From Ignavibacteria bacterium (lineage in GTDB: Bacteria; Elusimicrobiota; Endomicrobiia; PHAN01): DNA of 33,232 nt. Positions within the stretch are counted from its first letter, which is position 1; each line of letters opens with the position of its first letter. The DNA is taken from contig JBGFRZ010000050.1 of NCBI GenBank assembly GCA_041694835.1, positions 1 through 33,232 on the forward strand, read 5' to 3'. Positions 29,456-33,232 of this stretch are shown here, one piece after another. The translations under genes and the position numbers were made by a program. The notes beneath the pieces are model-generated. The model saw only the letters and a list, made by a program, of their open reading frames with translations, ran no database searches and was not told the DNA's origin.

Positions 29456-30439
29456 ATGAAACATGGGCTTGAGTTTGAAAAACCAATCTTCGAGCTGGAA
29501 GAAAAAATTGTTTCGTTCAAGAATTCTCCATCCTCTCCGCCGCTGAACTTTAAGAAAGAGGTTGAATCGCTCGAAGAAAAATGCAATAAATTGAAAAAAG
29601 AAATATATGGCAATCTGTCGCCGTGGCAGAGGGTACAGCTTGCCCGTCATCCAAAACGGCCATACTTCATGGACTATGTCCCACATCTTTTCAACGAATT
29701 TTTGGAACTTCACGGGGACCGGAGTTTTGCCGACGATAAATCGATAGTGACTGGCATAGGGATAATAGGCAATTTTTCCTGCACGATAGTCGGTCATCAA
29801 AAAGGAAGGAACATAGATGAAAATCTTGTCAGAAACTACGGCATGGCTAATCCGGAGGGCTACAGGAAGGCCCTAAGGGTAATGAAACTCGGCGAAAAGT
29901 TCGACATGCCCGTGTTGACTTTTATAGATACGCCCGGCGCCTACCCCGGCATAGGCGCCGAGGAAAGGGGCCAGTCGGAAGCCATAGCGAGAAACCTCAA
30001 AGCCATGTCCTCCATGGAAGTTCCGATAATAGCGACGGTAATAGGAGAAGGCGGCAGCGGCGGAGCCCTCGGAATAGGTGTGGCCGATAGAATTTTAATG
30101 CTCGAAAACGCGTACTACTCCGTAATCAGCCCAGAAGGATGTTCCGCTATTTTGTTTAAGGACATCTCTCGTGCCGAAGAGTCCGCGGCAGCTTTGAAAA
30201 TCACAGCTGCGGAACTTATAAAACTTGGAGTTATAGATGAAATTATACCGGAGCCACTCGGAGGGGCAGATAAAGATCCCGCCGTGGCCGCAGCGATGCT
30301 CAAGTCGGCTTTGCTGAAAAACATTAAACCCCTGCTTGAACTCGACAAGGAAAAACTCATCAAGCAAAGATATCAGAAGTACAGAAATATCGGCGAATTT
30401 AAAAAGAGCAGAGGTAAAAGGGTAGAAGGTAAAAGGTAG
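29456..30439 (+). CDS. accA: Acetyl-CoA carboxylase carboxyltransferase alpha subunit
   Basis: ARHPKRP, PEGYRKALR, IDTPGAYPG, GEGGSGGALG, YSVISPEG. Confidence 0.97.
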   Translation: MKHGLEFEKPIFELEEKIVSFKNSPSSPPLNFKKEVESLEEKCNKLKKEIYGNLSPWQRVQLARHPKRPYFMDYVPHLFNEFLELHGDRSFADDKSIVTGIGIIGNFSCTIVGHQKGRNIDENLVRNYGMANPEGYRKALRVMKLGEKFDMPVLTFIDTPGAYPGIGAEERGQSEAIARNLKAMSSMEVPIIATVIGEGGSGGALGIGVADRILMLENAYYSVISPEGCSAILFKDISRAEESAAALKITAAELIKLGVIDEIIPEPLGGADKDPAVAAAMLKSALLKNIKPLLELDKEKLIKQRYQKYRNIGEFKKSRGKRVEGKR

Positions 30440-30660
30440 AAGAAAGAAGTAAAAAGAGCGAATAGCGAATAGTGCATAGAAGAGAGAGGTGAGAGGAGAG
30501 AGATGAGAGAATAGCGTATAGAGAATAGAGGATAGGGGACAAGGAATTGAATAAAAATTTCCATTCCCTAACCTCTCGTCCCTCGCCTCTAACCTCTGAC
30601 CTCTGACCTCTGCTCTTGTACCTTGTGCACTTGTGCTCTTGTGCTCTTATGCACTTGTGT
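30408..30660 (+). repeat. Modular heptamer element, copy E (core 30534-30590, forward)
   Basis: Begins within the accA 3' end. Core is identical to copy A. CCTCTGA and CTTGTGC arrays follow. Confidence 0.92.
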
Positions 30661-30680
30661 ATTAACAACCGGAGGATATC

Positions 30681-31673
30681 ATGTCGTTGGTTCCAATGAA
30701 GCAAATTTTAGAAGAAGCAAGAAAAAAGGGTTACGGCGTCGGCGCTTACAATGTCAACAACATGGAGCAGATTCAGGCGATAATGGATGCCGCATCGAAG
30801 ACGAAATCACCCGTCATTATTCAGGCGTCTCGCGGAGCATTAAAATATTCAAACTTTACATATCTTAAACACCTGATGCTCGCTGCCGTGGAAGAAAATC
30901 CCGATATACCGATTGCGCTCCATCTTGACCACGGAAATTCTCTTGAGAGCGTTAAAAAAGCAATCTCGCTTGATTTCAGTTCCGTTATGATTGACGGCTC
31001 TCTGATGGAAGACGGCAAGACCCCGTCGGACTACGAATATAATGTCAAAGTTACAAAATTGGTAGTGGAGTATGCTCATCAGTATGGAGTCACAGTTGAA
31101 GGAGAAATTGGGCGGCTCGGCGGGATTGAAGACGGCGTTGGCTCGGGCTCAATTCATCTAACAAACCCCGAAGAAGCGAAAAAATTCGTCGAAGAAACCG
31201 GCCTTGACGCTCTTGCGATCGCGATAGGAACATCACACGGGGCATACAAATTCAAAGGCGATGTAAATCTCGCTTTTGATGTTCTCAAAGAAGTAAGGAG
31301 ATTACTCCCATCAACCCCTCTGGTTTTGCACGGAGCATCGAGTGTGCCGAAGGAAATGATTGACGAAGTAAACAAATACGGCGGAAAACTGCCGGGGGCT
31401 TGCGGCGTGCCAATGAGTTCTCTTCAGGAAGCAATAAAACTTGGTGTCAGCAAAATCAATGTCGATACCGACGGACGACTTGCAGTCACCGCCGCCATAA
31501 GAAAAGTTTTCACCGAGACGCCTGAAAAATTTGACCCGCGCGATTATCTCGGACCCGCCCGGGAAAAACTCGCCGCTTTAATAGCGTCCAAAATGACGGA
31601 TTTCGGCACCGCGGGCCATGCTTCCGACTACAAACCGATGACTCTTGAAGACGCAAAAAAATACTATAAATGA
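30681..31673 (+). CDS. fba: Class II fructose-bisphosphate aldolase
   Basis: HLDHG, SVMIDGS, AIGTSHGAYKF, LVLHGASS, KINVDTD. GGAGG RBS. Confidence 0.96.
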   Translation: MSLVPMKQILEEARKKGYGVGAYNVNNMEQIQAIMDAASKTKSPVIIQASRGALKYSNFTYLKHLMLAAVEENPDIPIALHLDHGNSLESVKKAISLDFSSVMIDGSLMEDGKTPSDYEYNVKVTKLVVEYAHQYGVTVEGEIGRLGGIEDGVGSGSIHLTNPEEAKKFVEETGLDALAIAIGTSHGAYKFKGDVNLAFDVLKEVRRLLPSTPLVLHGASSVPKEMIDEVNKYGGKLPGACGVPMSSLQEAIKLGVSKINVDTDGRLAVTAAIRKVFTETPEKFDPRDYLGPAREKLAALIASKMTDFGTAGHASDYKPMTLEDAKKYYK

Positions 31674-31725
31674 AAAAGTAGTTAGTAGATAGTAGTTAGT
31701 AGATAGGGAATAAGGAAGATTTGCT

Positions 31726-31782
31726 GTAGCGGCGGGATGTGTCCTCGTCCCTCGTTAGCGGGATTGTCGGGGAATACATCCC
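31726..31782 (+). repeat. GTAG REP-like element with an expanded loop
   Basis: GTAGCGGCGGGAT is identical to 12408-12420. GGGATGT...ACATCCC stem. Preceded by AGTAG(T/A)T heptamers. Confidence 0.65.
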
Positions 31783-31831
31783 ATAAAGTTCTTAACCGCG
31801 AGCAATGAATCACATATAGTCAGAGAATATC

Positions 31832-32221
31832 ATGAAAGAAGAACTCGGATTTTTGAGGAAGAGAGCTGATAAATTTCGTAAATATGCCGATGATGCATTC
31901 AAAAAAGGCGATTATGACATGGCCGCATTTAACACAGAACAATCGTTGCAACTCTATCTTAAATACACATTGGGAATGTTGTTGGGTGATTTCCCAAGAA
32001 CGCACAGCATATCGCGTTTGCTTAATAATATATCGAAGGCAAGCGGAGACAAAACTTTTTCGGCATTTGTGGAAAAAGAGCCCAACATAGTTTCTAATTT
32101 GGAAGAAGTATATCTCACCGCGCGTTATCTCCCGTCGGAATTTACCGAAAAACAGGTGGCAAAACTCATCGCTTTTTCCGAAAACGTTCTTAAAAAGTTG
32201 AAAACACTATGGAGTTGGTAG
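31832..32221 (+). CDS. HEPN domain protein
   Basis: YDMAAFNTEQSLQLYLK, FPRTHSI, YLTARY. Confidence 0.9.
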   Translation: MKEELGFLRKRADKFRKYADDAFKKGDYDMAAFNTEQSLQLYLKYTLGMLLGDFPRTHSISRLLNNISKASGDKTFSAFVEKEPNIVSNLEEVYLTARYLPSEFTEKQVAKLIAFSENVLKKLKTLWSW

Positions 32222-32559
32222 ATATACTTATTGAACAAAAGAAAGAATCGGAAAAGTTTTTCCGCTCACCTCTGAAATATGCCCGCAAAATAAAATCTGT
32301 CGCTGAAAAAATTTTTGGCAAAGACAAAGTAAAAATATATCTTTTCGGTTCTATTGTTTCACGGCAGGCATCGCCGGCAAGCGACATAGATATTTTGATA
32401 ATCGCACCAACGGTGGAACCCGAAGAAAGAGGCGAGGTTCTTGCTCGTTTGAAAAAACCTGTCGGTATGACATCGCCGTTTGAAATACATCTTGTTACTT
32501 GCGACAGATATGAAAATTGGTATAAAAAATTTATCGGCAATTCCGTCAAAAAAATATAG
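32209..32559 (+). CDS. Minimal nucleotidyltransferase (MNT)
   Basis: IYLFGS...SDIDILI, PFEIHLV. Overlaps the HEPN gene. Confidence 0.9.
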   Translation: MELVDILIEQKKESEKFFRSPLKYARKIKSVAEKIFGKDKVKIYLFGSIVSRQASPASDIDILIIAPTVEPEERGEVLARLKKPVGMTSPFEIHLVTCDRYENWYKKFIGNSVKKI

Positions 32560-32574
32560 TTGAAACCATCGAAA

Positions 32575-32713
32575 ATGAATGTAAAATTCTCGCGCCACGC
32601 CAGATAAAATAGTTGGCATAGAAATTCTTTGCGCTTCCAAGAAAATGAATATCAAAACGATTTTCTCTTATGAACTTGACCTCGACAAAGAATTGTTCCA
32701 AAATGCCATATAA
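32575..32713 (+). pseudogene. Collapsed remnant: DUF4258-like N-terminus joined to a DUF2283-like C-terminus
   Basis: MNVKFSRHAR* (32575-32607). In another frame KIVGIEILCASKKMN...NAI* (32606-32713). Confidence 0.6.
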
Positions 32714-32755
32714 CGAGTTCACTCAGCGGTGATTTAGTTGTTATCTTTGGAAAAA

Positions 32756-32989
32756 ATGATAACCAATGGCAAGTTGCTGGAAAAATTTGAAACTAACTTC
32801 ATAAAAAGACAAAAACTATCGCGCCGCACTGCCTCAAAAATATTTGAAGCGATGTGGAAAGAAGCGGTATCGCTCGGCATCCTCTCGTCTAAAAATCATT
32901 TAGAAGGCATTGAAGTGGATATTAAAATAGCCAAAAGATTAAACTCATGTTCGAAAAAATCCTCGCGCAAACATCTCGCTGTCTCATAG
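32756..32989 (+). CDS. Small hypothetical protein, putative partner of a nucleotidyltransferase
   Basis: 77-aa ORF with LLEKFE...IFEAMWKEAVSLG...LEGIEVDIKIAKRLN. Overlaps a downstream truncated ORF. Confidence 0.7.
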   Translation: MITNGKLLEKFETNFIKRQKLSRRTASKIFEAMWKEAVSLGILSSKNHLEGIEVDIKIAKRLNSCSKKSSRKHLAVS

Positions 32990-33088
32990 CAAAAAAATTT
33001 TAAAGTGATTGAAAGAGTTTGATAAAGTTTCTAACGGAACAAAGTTAAAAAGATTTTTGATAACATACTAAGAAAGTGTAAAAAATAA
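32947..33088 (+). pseudogene. Internally deleted remnant of the downstream partner gene
   Basis: MFEKILAQTSRCL...* followed by C-terminal-like K*LKEFDK and IFDNILRKCKK* fragments. Confidence 0.4.
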
Positions 33089-33186
33089 GGGGGAAAAACT
33101 TATGATTTTAAGTATTATGAGAGCGTTGAAAAACCCTCTTTAGTTCTTTGAAATAATTCTCGTCGGTAAATCCGACGATAAAACAT

Positions 33187-33215
33187 TTGCATTTTCTCTC
33201 CGGAATTGCTATAAT
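33187..33215 (+). promoter_or_regulatory. Sigma70-type promoter for a gene beyond the window
   Basis: TTGCAT, 17-bp spacer, TATAAT, with an extended -10 TG at 33207-33208. Confidence 0.75.
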
Positions 33216-33232
33216 ATTTCTGACGAAAACAA

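Noticed and set aside
13801-30590. Recurring 57-bp core as a CRISPR array or integron attC sites
   Set aside because: Copies are kilobases apart, in both orientations, separated by housekeeping genes. No cas or integrase genes are present.

Overview
A 33 kb bacterial chromosomal segment in which all credible genes lie on the + strand. The gene mix (PorV/PorQ-like, YjbH-like and FlgD-Ig-tailed proteins) suggests a diderm anaerobe such as Elusimicrobiota; this is inference only. The core content is thrB-lysC-cimA-(hypothetical)-ilvD-ilvB-ilvN, an HD-GYP response regulator, ccdA, a probably Na+-coupled V/A-type ATPase operon (K-E-C-F-A-B-D, no subunit I), a secreted ComEC-like MBL protein next to a PorV-like protein, dnaE, a HEAT-repeat protein, a YjbH-like protein, accA and fba. 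Both ends are accessory zones full of half-dead selfish modules. Left: cassettes punctuated by duplicated thrB 5' ends and a thrB::thiC chimeric fragment, carrying DUF433 with a truncated PIN toxin and an MTase with a stop-interrupted nuclease. Right: an intact HEPN-MNT pair followed by internally deleted toxin-antitoxin remnants. The most striking signal is a family of modular 7/8-mer tandem-repeat elements, purine-rich then pyrimidine-rich, five of which share a near-identical 57-bp core in both orientations. They sit between housekeeping genes, invade coding loops in frame, and appear to encode the signal peptides of three exported proteins. GTAG-type REP hairpins and a nested inverted-repeat (MITE-like) element are also present.
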